A stretch of DNA of 64,000 nucleotides from Terriglobia bacterium (GCA_963695545.1 OY968796.1:2624001-2688000); one strand, 5' to 3'. Counted from the first letter of the stretch, positions 41,501 through 50,658 are shown. Program-made: numbers and translations. Notes: generated from the sequence alone by a model not told the origin.

Positions 41501-42539
41501 GCCAGCCTTCATATGCGAGGAAGAAGAACATTTTGCTTTTGCGAATCGGGCCGCCCACCATGCCGCCGTATTCGTTGATCGAGTATCCGAGTGGAGAAAC
41601 AGGTGTGCCGGAAAGTTGAGCTGCGGTTTCGGTTCCCGCAGCAACGGCCGCCGCGCCCGCCGGGCATGTCGCCGCGGTGCAGAATCCGTTGAACGGGTTG
41701 CGCGCGTCGAAAATATTGCTGCGCGCAAAATCCCAGGCCGCGCCATGGAGTTCATTGGTGCCAGACTTGGTGACGATGTTCACGACAGCACCGAGAACGT
41801 TGCCGTACTGCGGATCGTCGTTGTGGCCCTGCAACTTCACTTCCTGGACGGTGTCCGTGATCGGGGGCACGGACCAACCGCCGCCGCGATCGTCGGTATC
41901 GATAATTCCATCCATGTAGAACGCATTGGAGCGGTTTCCGGCGCCGTTCACCGCGGGCCGATAGACGATGGTGTTTGGAATTCCGATGTTGCCGCCATCG
42001 GCGCTGCCGATGCCGTTTCCGCCCTGCGCGGTGTTCACGGGGCTGACGCCGGGTTGGAGAATCAGGAGTTCGGTGAAGTTGCGGCCGTTGAGCGGCAACT
42101 CGTGCAGAGATTCCTCGTCAAGAAGCGTGCCGAGCTCGGTGCTCGAACTCTGAATCATCTGGCCGATAGCCGAAGCGCTGACGGTCACGGTTTCGGTTGG
42201 AGCCCCGACCTCCAAAGTCAGTTTCTCGGTGAGGGTCTGGTTCACGTCCAATGGGAAGATAGGCAGAGCGAGCGTCTTGAATCCTGTCCTCTCCACCGTC
42301 AGGACGTAGCTGCCGGGCAAAAGATTGATGATCGTAAACGCGCCATCGCTGTTGGTGATTTTTTCGCTGGTAACGTTCGTCGCTACGTTGGTGATTTTAA
42401 CCGTGGCACCGGGAACAATTGCACCCGAACTGTCCAATACGGTGCCGGTGACGGTGGCTGTCGGCGTCTGGGCGTATAGGCCGGTACAGACGAACAGCAC
42501 CGCGGCAGCGAGCAACATCACTGACTTACATGAACGCAT
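38571..42539 (-). CDS. TonB-dependent receptor (Oar-like)
   Basis: GGAGG RBS; GTVLDSSGAIVPGA, LPLNGRNFTEL, IVTKSGTN, GPRLGLAW, FRFEAFNVFNH and C-terminal RELQMAVKFAF. Confidence 0.93.
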   Translation of the reverse strand: MRSCKSVMLLAAAVLFVCTGLYAQTPTATVTGTVLDSSGAIVPGATVKITNVATNVTSEKITNSDGAFTIINLLPGSYVLTVERTGFKTLALPIFPLDVNQTLTEKLTLEVGAPTETVTVSASAIGQMIQSSSTELGTLLDEESLHELPLNGRNFTELLILQPGVSPVNTAQGGNGIGSADGGNIGIPNTIVYRPAVNGAGNRSNAFYMDGIIDTDDRGGGWSVPPITDTVQEVKLQGHNDDPQYGNVLGAVVNIVTKSGTNELHGAAWDFARSNIFDARNPFNGFCTAATCPAGAAAVAAGTETAAQLSGTPVSPLGYSINEYGGMVGGPIRKSKMFFFLAYEGWHFSQPTNSFTIDPTTQELSGDFSGTVTPELVGSVNSTKTGVTPNQLYNPFAESSPSSAIPFQCTASGGTTPEPLVNPAATFGTSGYGVQMAGFPCNVIPAALIDTKLASVIKAYTAPEFANCSFTPNYASAVDNCLDSRPKTDLNSNMDARIDEHFGNHDTIMGRAYMMWDTTTSIVAGTTSLAPSPYHTWNIGGAWDHVFTPNLILSVRGGINSRPVVVNQTNSAGDGPESTAGFSGLSSTDGFYLSPASGYPTVIGNVGPEHRANPEHDFNATVTWIHGNHNFKFGGEYLYENRLETNLYEQFSSSASDTCPTNSSGNFACSGAEGNGLASMLLDLPSAFTVNVPQLEEVHVAMEPIGFFAQDNWHIKPTLTVNIGLRYDYVPPVYLLVSDGETINAYNYPAKQFVIGSADTAAYSTGCTTTVAPPCVPGGLSSSNAAFNVTVGGVTYNTLNNISFSGSNQPALKAISDNVGPRLGLAWQFTHNTVLRVGYGIYYDTISYRSQYAENTLQGSVWPWTRGVSDTLNTAEQNAAPSPTVNPICYSTASCGPYGGYSTSNLQGLSGSLPIVIAPTPWGSTFGGYTNAPNYSDPRSQQWNLQIERQLTASSMFSVAYVGSKTARLDWCCKINYPQGGPFCENNANQGFTCPTTPLTQAQINQTEYMPFAQALNYAESTGSSNYNALQAQYQKRFSHGLETLIAYTWSRCLGNANGQFNAENGGEGAPYEYFFNQSLSYGPCAYDIPQLFNWSAVYDLPFGRGEKWVNHGLLSWIVGNWETNFSFLARSGQAFNPTWGGASNLCAPDATTPVTTSCVPASIAGDAPTSTDPANLTNSAESITGYSRPDLLPNCAVPKGTLTEWFNPACYISPASPTVGPGYGFGTLQIGSLRSQNFNDVDFSLLKNFRLSDTKTLQFRFEAFNVFNHVVWAIPGSTGGTSAPSIAPSFSSGTISYGTAAAIQAIASTPRELQMAVKFAF

Positions 42540-42811
42540 CGAAGCCTCCTTGCTTCACTTCATCGGATCGCAACTTGGATCCACCCCGATACCGCTCGAT
42601 CAAATTTCGCGCTAAAGAACAACAGTTGAAAAGTGTGTTTCAGCGCTTGAAACAACACGTTCAGCGGTTCTTCCCGCCGGTTTTGCGATGCGGAAGAACC
42701 GGCCCCGGACAGCGAACGCGGTAATCAGGCGCTTGCTCGCACCCGCAGCCATTGCTAGAATCCGTCTCCTGGCCCGGCATGCGAGATACACACCCAACTT
42801 TTCTGGGGCGA

Positions 42812-42900
42812 AATCTAGTTCCGGTGACGCATGGTCCACAAGTTAATTGGGGATACCGTGGGGCTACTCGGAAGATACATGAAAGATACGCGGAAGATAC
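42812..42900 (-). promoter_or_regulatory. Promoter of TonB-dependent receptor with five GTATC boxes at 11-bp pitch
   Basis: Plus-strand GATAC at 42852, 42863 (GCTAC), 42874, 42885 and 42896; minus-strand TTGTGG-18bp-TAGATT. Confidence 0.75.
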
Positions 42901-42974
42901 TTGCGGTGGTATATTGAGGGCCGATTTTGCCGATCGGAGCCGGTCTTGAGGCCGGGGCGAGAGCGTAGCGGGCT

Positions 42975-44447
42975 ATGAATATCACGCAAGCTCCTGGAAC
43001 CACAGAACTTGGCGGGCCTCCTCCCGAGGAGATTCAGAAGGAGTTAACCCGGCTTATCCATTCGAAAGCGTTTCGCCACTCGGCCGCCCTGCAGCGATTG
43101 TTACAGTACTTGATCGGCAGAGCCATCGAGGATCCCTTCGGGGACGTCAAGGAATACACCATCGGGACCGAGGTATTCGATCGAGGTCCCGGCTACGATC
43201 CCCAGACCGATACGATCGTCCGGGTTCAAATCCATCGATTGCGACTGAAAGTAAAGGAGTACTACGAATCGGAGGGGATCAACGACCCGATTTTCGTGGA
43301 CATTCCGAAGGGTCACTATATTCCCACGTTCGAGAGCCGGTCGGTTGCGGTTCCTAAGGCAAGCCAAACGAATGTCTCTGCCGAAACCATCACAACGCCT
43401 ATCGGGGGCCTTGACGCGGGTCCGAAGGAAGCGACACGCCCTGCATTTTTCACGCGAGGTGTTTTTCTGATCCCCGTGATCATGTTGATCTTTGCATCGG
43501 GAATTATTCTGGGCACGCGATGGGAACAGTCGCGGGTCTTGGCGACGAGCGATGCAATATCGAACCGCGCGGCATCAGCCGGCCTTGGCACGAGCGATGC
43601 GGCGGCGAGTTTCTGGAAAAGTTTTCTTGGCAGCGATTCTGCGCCGGTACTGGGATATGCGGACGCGGTCTATCTGGTTGACGGGGCGCAGGACCTGTTC
43701 CGATTCAGGCGCGGTGCGAGCGACAACCAAGGCACGCTGGTCGAACCTCATTTGGCTGAAGAATTCGCGTCCAGCCCATCGCTGGTCAAGCAGGCCGGTC
43801 CGCTGTATTACGAGGACGGCAACACGGGGACGGGAGATCTCGAAAGCGTCTTCGTCCTGACGCGGCTTTTCACGCAAATGGGCGTGCAAATGACGGTGAA
43901 GCGCTGCCGGCTGATGACCATAGACGACTTGAAGCAGCACGACGTCATTTTGCTGGGCTCGCCGGAGGAGAACGACGCGGTCGCGCAGCTGCCGCAGGTC
44001 GCGGATTTCGTGTGGACTCGACTAAATGTGCCCGGTCCGTGGAAGGGAGAATTCGTAAACAGCCATCCGCAACCGGGGGAGCGGCTTACGTACCAAACGG
44101 AACGCGATCCGAACACGCAGGAAGTGACGGCAGATTATGGCCTGATCACGCTTGAGCCGGGCGCGCTGCCGGGGCGATATATCGCAATTCTGGGCGGACT
44201 CGATACATCGGGCGTGGCGGGGTCGGCGCAATTCTTGACGTCGCCGTCACACATGTCCGAGCTGGAAGCGCGGCTGAAATCTCTTAGCGGGTGGGCGGGT
44301 GATGGTCCACCGCCGTCGTTTCAAGCGTTGCTGCGAGTGGCAGTGGAGAAAGGGCACGACGTTCTGGGAGTTCAACTAATAACCGTGCATCTGACGACCC
44401 CGGACAAAAACAGCGTGGGAACCACGCCGAACTCGGGCACTAAGTAG
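42975..44447 (+). CDS. Putative membrane-anchored one-component transcriptional regulator (N-terminal wHTH-like domain, single TM, extracytoplasmic domain)
   Basis: N-terminal F..S..L..LL.YL...KEYTIGTEVFDR...YDP..D.IVRVQIHRLRLKVKEYY...IPKGHYIPTF resembles an OmpR/CadC-type winged helix; hydrophobic span GVFLIPVIMLIFASGIILG. Confidence 0.75.
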   Translation: MNITQAPGTTELGGPPPEEIQKELTRLIHSKAFRHSAALQRLLQYLIGRAIEDPFGDVKEYTIGTEVFDRGPGYDPQTDTIVRVQIHRLRLKVKEYYESEGINDPIFVDIPKGHYIPTFESRSVAVPKASQTNVSAETITTPIGGLDAGPKEATRPAFFTRGVFLIPVIMLIFASGIILGTRWEQSRVLATSDAISNRAASAGLGTSDAAASFWKSFLGSDSAPVLGYADAVYLVDGAQDLFRFRRGASDNQGTLVEPHLAEEFASSPSLVKQAGPLYYEDGNTGTGDLESVFVLTRLFTQMGVQMTVKRCRLMTIDDLKQHDVILLGSPEENDAVAQLPQVADFVWTRLNVPGPWKGEFVNSHPQPGERLTYQTERDPNTQEVTADYGLITLEPGALPGRYIAILGGLDTSGVAGSAQFLTSPSHMSELEARLKSLSGWAGDGPPPSFQALLRVAVEKGHDVLGVQLITVHLTTPDKNSVGTTPNSGTK

Positions 44448-44633
44448 CGGCAGTAAAACCGGTCTAGCCGGGCGAAAGAGCTAAGTTGTGGACTCCGGAA
44501 TTTGCCTCGCTGAGCTCTGTTATCTCTCTCGTTTATAGCGAATTAGACGCGATTGACGTAGGTCTGTGGCGACGCGTTGGCTCGCGGCGAAAACTGCGCT
44601 GCGTATGCGGAATAGCGCACTTCGGCGCGCGAA

Positions 44634-44722
44634 GTATCTCTCGCGTATCTATCGCGTATCTCCCGGGTATCCTAGCGGTATCCCCAATTAACTTGTAGGC
44701 CGTGGTCCACAAGAACTAAATT
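44634..44722 (+). promoter_or_regulatory. Promoter of glycosidase gene with five GTATC boxes at 11-bp pitch
   Basis: GTATC at 44634, 44645, 44656, 44667 and 44678; TTGTAG-18bp-TAAATT; 21-bp identity with the inverted copy at 42838-42858. Confidence 0.75.
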
Positions 44723-44902
44723 CCGCGCGCAAACCTGAGCGTGTCTCGCACCTTGAGCGATGGTGAACTTGGACGCGGGATCTTGTGCAGGCGGGCATTT
44801 GCTCGAAGCGTTCAACATTCTGGAGCGAATTCGGTAGAAAATTGCCCACGCGGGGGAAGCACCGGCCTGGCGCTCCTTATCCCCATTCGGCACGGGAGAT
44901 TC

Positions 44903-47095
44903 ATGATGCGGCACCGCGTTGTGTGGCTTTGCGCTCTGGCTTCTGTGTTGGCGGTCTTGCCTGCGGCGGCTCAGAACTCGCTGCAGCCTCCAGCGCAATC
45001 GCCTCCACAGACGCGCGCGCAATGGGGCGCACCGGACGTGAGCGTGACGCATGCCGCAGGGCAGTGGACGATCGCAGGGAAGAAAAATCAGGTCGTTTTG
45101 AACGAATCGGATCTGGCGGTCAGCGTTACGGCCGAGGGCGGTGTCACGTGGAAAATGAAGCCCTCGCAAGACGACGACATCCTGGTCGCTTCGCATGGCG
45201 AATTGTTTCACGTCGCGCTCAAGAGCGCGCACCACATCGAGATCGTTCCGTACGACACAGGCTACAAGACCGGCGTCAAGATCACGCTCTCCGATTTCCA
45301 CGAGAACGGAATGCTTTACAAGGGCCAGCCGCTTGATCTGGTGCTCTACCTCACGATCTGCCTCGAAAATCCGAATGAAGACCTGGTGATGACGGCTGTC
45401 GCGAGCGAGCACGAAGCCGACGTGCGCCTGCTCGATTGGCCGACGGCGATGGACGCCAGCGACGTTGACTTCACCGTGCTCTCGAATGGCGAAGGCACAC
45501 TGGTGCCGCGCACCTGGCCCACGAAATTTCTGCCCGACAATATTTTCACGGGCGACGGCGCCGCCGAGGACGCGAGCGTAATCGAAAGTCATCTGATCGA
45601 GTCGTGGTCGATGTCCTGGTGGGGCTTTGAGAAGGGCCCGGCGGCGATGATGGTGATCGTCGAAACGCCGGACGACGCGGCGTATCAATTCGAGCATCCC
45701 GCGGGCGGCCCAACCGTGATCGGTCCGCAGTGGCGCGATCAGCTGGGGCGCCTCGCGTATCCGCGCAGCGTGCGCATGTGTTTTTTTCCGACGGGCAATT
45801 ACGTCACGCTGGCGAAGCGCTACCGGCAATACGTGATCGACAGCGGACTATTCGTTTCGCTGAAGGAAAAAATCGCGCGGCAGCCGCTGGTCGCGAATCT
45901 GATCGGCGCGGGCCACGTGGGCGAGCAGGCGCTGCGCAATATCCGGCCCGGTGCGTGGCAATACGATCCCGATCATATCGACGTCGATTATCGCGTGAAC
46001 ACATTCGACGATCTGGCGAAGGGTTTGCAATACTGGAAAGATCAGGGCTTCAACAAAATGATCGTCACGTTGTCCGGATGGCCGTACTACGGCTACGACC
46101 GCCAGCATCCCAACGTTCTTCCGCCCGCCCCGCAGGCCGGCGGCTGGGATGGTTTGAAGCGCTTTTTCGACGCCGCGCTGGCGCTTGGCTACACGCCGAT
46201 GCTTCACGATCAGTATCGCGATTACTACACGGACGCGCCCTCGTGGGATCCGCAATTCGCCGTGCATGAAGAGGACACCATCACGCCGTCCACAACATTC
46301 CCCGGTTCGCGCTTTGAGCACTGGAAAGACGGCTACATTCCGATGATGGATCACTGGAACGGCGGCGCGCAGAGTTACATTACGCCGTCGCTGGTCCTCG
46401 GGAACGTGGTCAGCAATTACGAGCAGATGTTCGCGCACGGCATTCATCCGGAAGGCTCCGGCCTCGACGTCTTCGGCTACGTTCCGCCGGATCGCGATTT
46501 CAATCCCGAGCATCCCGCCACGCGCACCGACGGAATGAACGCGCGCGCGGCGGCATTCATCTGGGCGCGTGTACATCTGGGAATCGTCGGCACCGAAGCC
46601 GGTTCCGATTGGGTGATTCCTTATGTGGACATGTGCACGCCGCACGCGTTCGGCAAGGCAATTCCCGTGCCGCTTTACAACCTCGTCTATCACGATGCCA
46701 TCGTGACCACGACAACCGGCAACTCGATGTACAGCGTTCTGCTCGACGAGGGCATCAATATGACGCGGCCTAATCCGAACGCAGGCGCCGGCGGTCCCGG
46801 CGCCGCGCCCGGTGCGCCCGGCGCTGCGGTCCGCGCGCGCGGAGGCGCGACCGAAGCCGACGCCGCGCGCCGCGCCGCTTCGCACCCGACGTTCACCGAT
46901 CCCGCGCAAGTCCTGAAGCTCGAAAAAGACGCGTTGGCACTACAGGAACGCGTCGGCCTGCTGGAAATGACCAATCATGAATTTCTCGACAAGAATTATC
47001 GCGTCGAGCGCACCACGTTTTCCGACGGAACCACAGTCACGGTGGATTGGGACAAGATGACGTACGACATCAATCCGCCGCTTCCGGCTCAATAA
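44903..47095 (+). CDS. Exported putative glycoside hydrolase (DUF5696-like, GH101/GH129-related)
   Basis: GGGAG RBS; signal peptide; YVTLAKRYRQY, GWPYYGYDRQHP, LHDQYRDYY, LDVFG and PVPLYNLVYHD. Confidence 0.65.
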   Translation: MMRHRVVWLCALASVLAVLPAAAQNSLQPPAQSPPQTRAQWGAPDVSVTHAAGQWTIAGKKNQVVLNESDLAVSVTAEGGVTWKMKPSQDDDILVASHGELFHVALKSAHHIEIVPYDTGYKTGVKITLSDFHENGMLYKGQPLDLVLYLTICLENPNEDLVMTAVASEHEADVRLLDWPTAMDASDVDFTVLSNGEGTLVPRTWPTKFLPDNIFTGDGAAEDASVIESHLIESWSMSWWGFEKGPAAMMVIVETPDDAAYQFEHPAGGPTVIGPQWRDQLGRLAYPRSVRMCFFPTGNYVTLAKRYRQYVIDSGLFVSLKEKIARQPLVANLIGAGHVGEQALRNIRPGAWQYDPDHIDVDYRVNTFDDLAKGLQYWKDQGFNKMIVTLSGWPYYGYDRQHPNVLPPAPQAGGWDGLKRFFDAALALGYTPMLHDQYRDYYTDAPSWDPQFAVHEEDTITPSTTFPGSRFEHWKDGYIPMMDHWNGGAQSYITPSLVLGNVVSNYEQMFAHGIHPEGSGLDVFGYVPPDRDFNPEHPATRTDGMNARAAAFIWARVHLGIVGTEAGSDWVIPYVDMCTPHAFGKAIPVPLYNLVYHDAIVTTTTGNSMYSVLLDEGINMTRPNPNAGAGGPGAAPGAPGAAVRARGGATEADAARRAASHPTFTDPAQVLKLEKDALALQERVGLLEMTNHEFLDKNYRVERTTFSDGTTVTVDWDKMTYDINPPLPAQ

Positions 47096-47153
47096 GTCGA
47101 GCCGTGGCCGCCGCTGGCGCTTGAGGCGGGACTGCATGAAGAAAAGGATGGCC

Positions 47154-48863
47154 ATGGACAACGCAAGCGATCACTCCCCGTCGAGACGCAAATGGCTGGG
47201 TATCGCAGCAGGGGCTTCGATAGGGTCGGGTATTCTGGCCGCCGCCGGCGCGGCCGCTGACCCGGCCAAGCGCGCTCCTTCCAACGACAGCGATCTCGGC
47301 GCGCGCGTCTACAACATCCGCGATTTCGGCGCCAAGGGCGACGGCTCGACGCTCGACACCGCCGCGGTGCAAGCCGCGATCGACGCCTGCACAAAAGATC
47401 AGGGCGGAACGGTGCTGGTTCCCGCGGGCGTGTTCGTGATCGGCACGGTCGAGCTCAAGAGCAACGTCACGCTGCGACTCGCGGCCTCCGCAAAATTGCT
47501 CGGCACGGCCGACGGCAAACAGTATCACGCCGCCGACGCGATCCCGCTCAGTGGCGATTCCACGCTCGGCGATGGAAACGTCGGGCTGATCTTCGCGGTG
47601 AAGGCCGACAACGTTACGATCGAAGGCCATGGCACGATCGACGGCCAGGGAGCGCAATTTCATTCGCCCACCCGCGGCGTTCTGCCGCCCGCCGGCATCG
47701 GCGGCGACAATCGCCCGTACCATCTGTTGTTCTATCAGTGCAAGAACCTGACGCTGCGCGACATTTTTCTGAACGACAGCGCGTATCATTCGGTGCGCAT
47801 TATCGAAAGCACCTTCGTGAAGGCCGACGGCCTGCGCATCTACAATCGTGTGAACGGCAACAACGACGGCTTTCACTTTATTAGTTGCCAGCACGTACAC
47901 GTCAGCAACTGCACGGTGCAATCCCAGGACGATGCCTGCGCTCTTTTCGGCAGCTGCAAATTCATCACCATTACGAATTCTTCGTTCAGCACGCGCTGGT
48001 CGGTTTTTCGCTTTGGCGGCGGTGAAGCCGAAAATATCGCCATCTCCAATTGCCTGATTTACGAAACCTACGGCTGCCCGATCAAGATGCGCTGCGGTCC
48101 GAATTCGCGCTTTGAAAATATCTCGTTCTCCAACCTGGTGATGACCAACGTCACCGGCCCTATTTCCATCGGCCTCGGCGATCCGCCACGCCGCCCTGGG
48201 GCGGCCTCCGCTTCCGAGACAGGCATGGCCCCGGGCATTCCGGGTATCGTGCGCAACATTTCTTTCAGCGGAATTCTGGCCACCGTGGTGGTCCCCACCC
48301 AAGTTCCCGGCGTGCCTTTCACGAGCGACTACAATCCGGGCGAAATAAAATCCTGCATCTCGCTGAATGGAGCGGGAGAGAACTTCATCGAGAACATTCG
48401 CTTCGACGATGTCCACGTGACCTTCGCCGGCGGCGGCACCGCGACGGATGCCGCCGTCCGCGATGTGCCCAAGGTCGCCGGCGAATACTACGAAGCAGGT
48501 GTTTTCCCCGCGTATGGGATTTATGCGCGCCGGGTGCGGGGATTGTCTCTTTCCAACGTGCGCTTCGATGTGAGCGCGCCCGAGCTGCGGCCGGCCATCG
48601 TTTTCGACAACGTGGTGGACGCCGCCGTGAACGGTTTGAGCGCGCAAGGCAATTCCCAGTCCGAATCGCTGTTGCGCTTCATCGAAACGCGCGACGTCTT
48701 GCTGACTGCCTCTCGCGTGCTTACGCCATCCGGCGTGTTCCTGCAGGTCGAAGGCGCCGGCAGCAGGGACATCACCGTGGACGGTGGTGATTTGTCGAAA
48801 GCCGATGAAGCGCTGGCTTTCCGCGGCGATGCAACCGAAGACTCGGTGAAGCTCCGGAGCTAA
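47154..48863 (+). CDS. GH28-related pectin-lyase-fold glycoside hydrolase, Tat-like signal
   Basis: SRRKWL; YNIRDFGAKGDG, GGTVLVPAG, LKSNVTL, GTIDGQG, NNDG and QDDA. Confidence 0.85.
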   Translation: MDNASDHSPSRRKWLGIAAGASIGSGILAAAGAAADPAKRAPSNDSDLGARVYNIRDFGAKGDGSTLDTAAVQAAIDACTKDQGGTVLVPAGVFVIGTVELKSNVTLRLAASAKLLGTADGKQYHAADAIPLSGDSTLGDGNVGLIFAVKADNVTIEGHGTIDGQGAQFHSPTRGVLPPAGIGGDNRPYHLLFYQCKNLTLRDIFLNDSAYHSVRIIESTFVKADGLRIYNRVNGNNDGFHFISCQHVHVSNCTVQSQDDACALFGSCKFITITNSSFSTRWSVFRFGGGEAENIAISNCLIYETYGCPIKMRCGPNSRFENISFSNLVMTNVTGPISIGLGDPPRRPGAASASETGMAPGIPGIVRNISFSGILATVVVPTQVPGVPFTSDYNPGEIKSCISLNGAGENFIENIRFDDVHVTFAGGGTATDAAVRDVPKVAGEYYEAGVFPAYGIYARRVRGLSLSNVRFDVSAPELRPAIVFDNVVDAAVNGLSAQGNSQSESLLRFIETRDVLLTASRVLTPSGVFLQVEGAGSRDITVDGGDLSKADEALAFRGDATEDSVKLRS

Positions 48864-48979
48864 ATTGACACGCTACAGGACGGGTTGGCAGCAGGCGCCG
48901 CTCAGCGCGGATATATTTGCGGCAGTGCGCCGAGTCTGCCGCACTCGACGCCGAGCCGACTCCGCGCATTTTGTTGGTG

Positions 48980-49543
48980 CTAGGTCTTCGTCACTTTTCG
49001 CGCGCCGCCGCCGTGAGCATATTTTTTTGCATAACTTTTCAAAGCGTCTTTGATAATGGGATATGCGGTCTTCGCCGAGCCTATTTCTTCCACCTCAACC
49101 GTTTTGTTCTCGAGCTGCTTGTAGTCCTGGAAGAAGCGCCGCAGCGTCAGTAAATAGTGGGACGGTATCTGGCTCGCTTCTTTATACCCGTTGAACTCCG
49201 GGTCCTGCGTTGCGACGGAAATAATTTTGTGGTCCATCGCGCCGGAGTCCACCATGGTCATCAAACCGACGGTGCGCGCGTGGATGACGGCCAGCGGAAC
49301 CACTCCTTCCTGGCAAAGCACGAGCACATCCAAAGGATCGCCGTCTTCTGCCAGAGTTTGCGGAATGAAACCGTAATTGGCGGGGTAGTAGACCGCGGAA
49401 TACAGAATTCGATCGACACGGATGAGTCCGCTCGATTTGTCGAGTTCGTATTTCACATTCGATCCCCGCGGGATTTCGATTACCGCGTCGAACTCTTCCG
49501 GGACGTTGTCGCCGGGCTTCAGGTCATGCCAAGGATGTACCAT
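48980..49543 (-). CDS. ppa: Inorganic pyrophosphatase (family I)
   Basis: HPWHD, IEIPRGSNVKYELDK, YPANYGFIPQTL, DGDPLDVL and FFQDYK. Confidence 0.96.
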   Translation of the reverse strand: MVHPWHDLKPGDNVPEEFDAVIEIPRGSNVKYELDKSSGLIRVDRILYSAVYYPANYGFIPQTLAEDGDPLDVLVLCQEGVVPLAVIHARTVGLMTMVDSGAMDHKIISVATQDPEFNGYKEASQIPSHYLLTLRRFFQDYKQLENKTVEVEEIGSAKTAYPIIKDALKSYAKKYAHGGGARKVTKT

Positions 49544-49811
49544 GCATTTATCTCCCGACTGAATTTTCGCACAACTCCGAACGCAACCACCAACCCAATC
49601 CAAGCCCCGCCCTGAGTCTTTCTTGTCCTGCCGCGCATCTCCTTCATCATGCGCTGACCGAGAAAGGCGACAGGAAAGTCATGCGCAGATTCGTGCGCGG
49701 GGCAGTTCCCGCCGTCTCCCGGGCTCGCCGATGAAAACGGTTTTGGAACGAATCGCGTCTTGGGTATGATTCGTGCGTCGTATTTTGCGCGCCGCGCGAG
49801 GGGGTCTCGAG

Positions 49812-50285
49812 TTGCGACGATCGGGCTGGTTACTCCGGCTTGAATTGCCCAGCGATCCCGAAATCTTATCCGTCGTGCGCAGCGCTGTGACGCGCCTGAC
49901 TGAAGAGATGGGCTTTCCCGCTGCGGATTCCAGAGCCGTAACGCGCGCCGTCGACGAGGCTTTGGCTAACGTCATCCGCCACGCGTACGGCGGCCGGGTG
50001 GGCCAGTCCATCGAACTGCTGTGCCGCCGTGTTCAAAATCGATTCTGCGGCGCGAAGCGAGCCGGGCTGGAAATCGTGCTGATCGATAATGGCGCCGCCG
50101 CGGACCGCAAGAAACTTTGTGGACGTTCTTTCGAAGACGTTCGGCCTGGCGGTTTGGGAATGCATTTCATTCAGGATGGAGTGGACGTAATGCAGTACAA
50201 AACCCACGGCCGCAGAAATTGGCTTCGTCTCGTGAAGTATCTGCCCGACGCGGAATCGGAACCCAAGATCGCGAAAGGAGAGTAA
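49812..50285 (+). CDS. RsbW/SpoIIAB-like Ser kinase (anti-sigma-type HATPase)
   Basis: AVDEALANVIRHAY N-box, IDNG and GGLGMHFI; start at TTG 49812 (GAGGGG RBS) or 49773. Confidence 0.85.
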   Translation: MRRSGWLLRLELPSDPEILSVVRSAVTRLTEEMGFPAADSRAVTRAVDEALANVIRHAYGGRVGQSIELLCRRVQNRFCGAKRAGLEIVLIDNGAAADRKKLCGRSFEDVRPGGLGMHFIQDGVDVMQYKTHGRRNWLRLVKYLPDAESEPKIAKGE

Positions 50286-50288
50286 CTG

Positions 50289-50621
50289 GTGCAAATCTCA
50301 GCGCGCCGCCTGGACAAGACGACGATTTTCGATGTTTCCGGCGACATCGATCTGGCGCATTCAGGCGAGGTTCGCCGCGTGGTGCTTGTGGAGTTTCGCG
50401 AGAAGCGCACGCCCAAGGTGCTCCTCAATTTAATCGAAGTGAATTACATCGACAGTTCCGGCGTGGCGTCGCTGGTGGAAGGCCTCAAAGCGTCTCGAGA
50501 CGTCGGCTCGCGCCTGATCTTGTTCGGCCTTAGCCCCATCGCGCGTGAAGTGTTGCAGCTCTCGAGACTTCTGACGATCTTTGAAATCTACGACACCGAA
50601 GAAAAGGCCCTGGAGGCCTAA
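50289..50621 (+). CDS. STAS-domain protein (RsbV/SpoIIAA-like; MlaB-like position)
   Basis: VSGDIDL, VNYIDSSGVASLV and VLQLSRL; AAGGAG RBS. Confidence 0.9.
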   Translation: MQISARRLDKTTIFDVSGDIDLAHSGEVRRVVLVEFREKRTPKVLLNLIEVNYIDSSGVASLVEGLKASRDVGSRLILFGLSPIAREVLQLSRLLTIFEIYDTEEKALEA

Positions 50622-50658
50622 CGTTGCGTGACGCACGCATTGCGGAGCTGCGCTGATC

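Noticed and set aside
41025..42479. Long antisense ORFs (e.g. 41025-42479+, 47070-48647-, 15116-16420-, 32177-33631-, 6856-8097-)
   Set aside because: These are shadow frames opposite well-supported genes, expected from GC-rich codon bias.
42852..42900. GATAC arrays as CRISPR or iteron arrays
   Set aside because: The 5-bp units with 6-bp spacers are far too short for CRISPR, and no cas or rep genes are present.
42838..44696. 21-bp inverted repeats as recombination sites of an invertible (phase-variable) segment or IS ends
   Set aside because: No recombinase or transposase is in the window and no target duplication is seen. Conservation follows promoter geometry (boxes, -35, -10) rather than continuous identity. 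Read-orientation data would be needed to exclude inversion completely.
49740..49770. SigB-type promoter (GTTT...GGGTAT) upstream of the RsbW-like gene
   Set aside because: The 18-nt spacing is longer than typical for SigB promoters; a sigma70 reading (TTGGAA-16bp-TATGAT) fits equally well.
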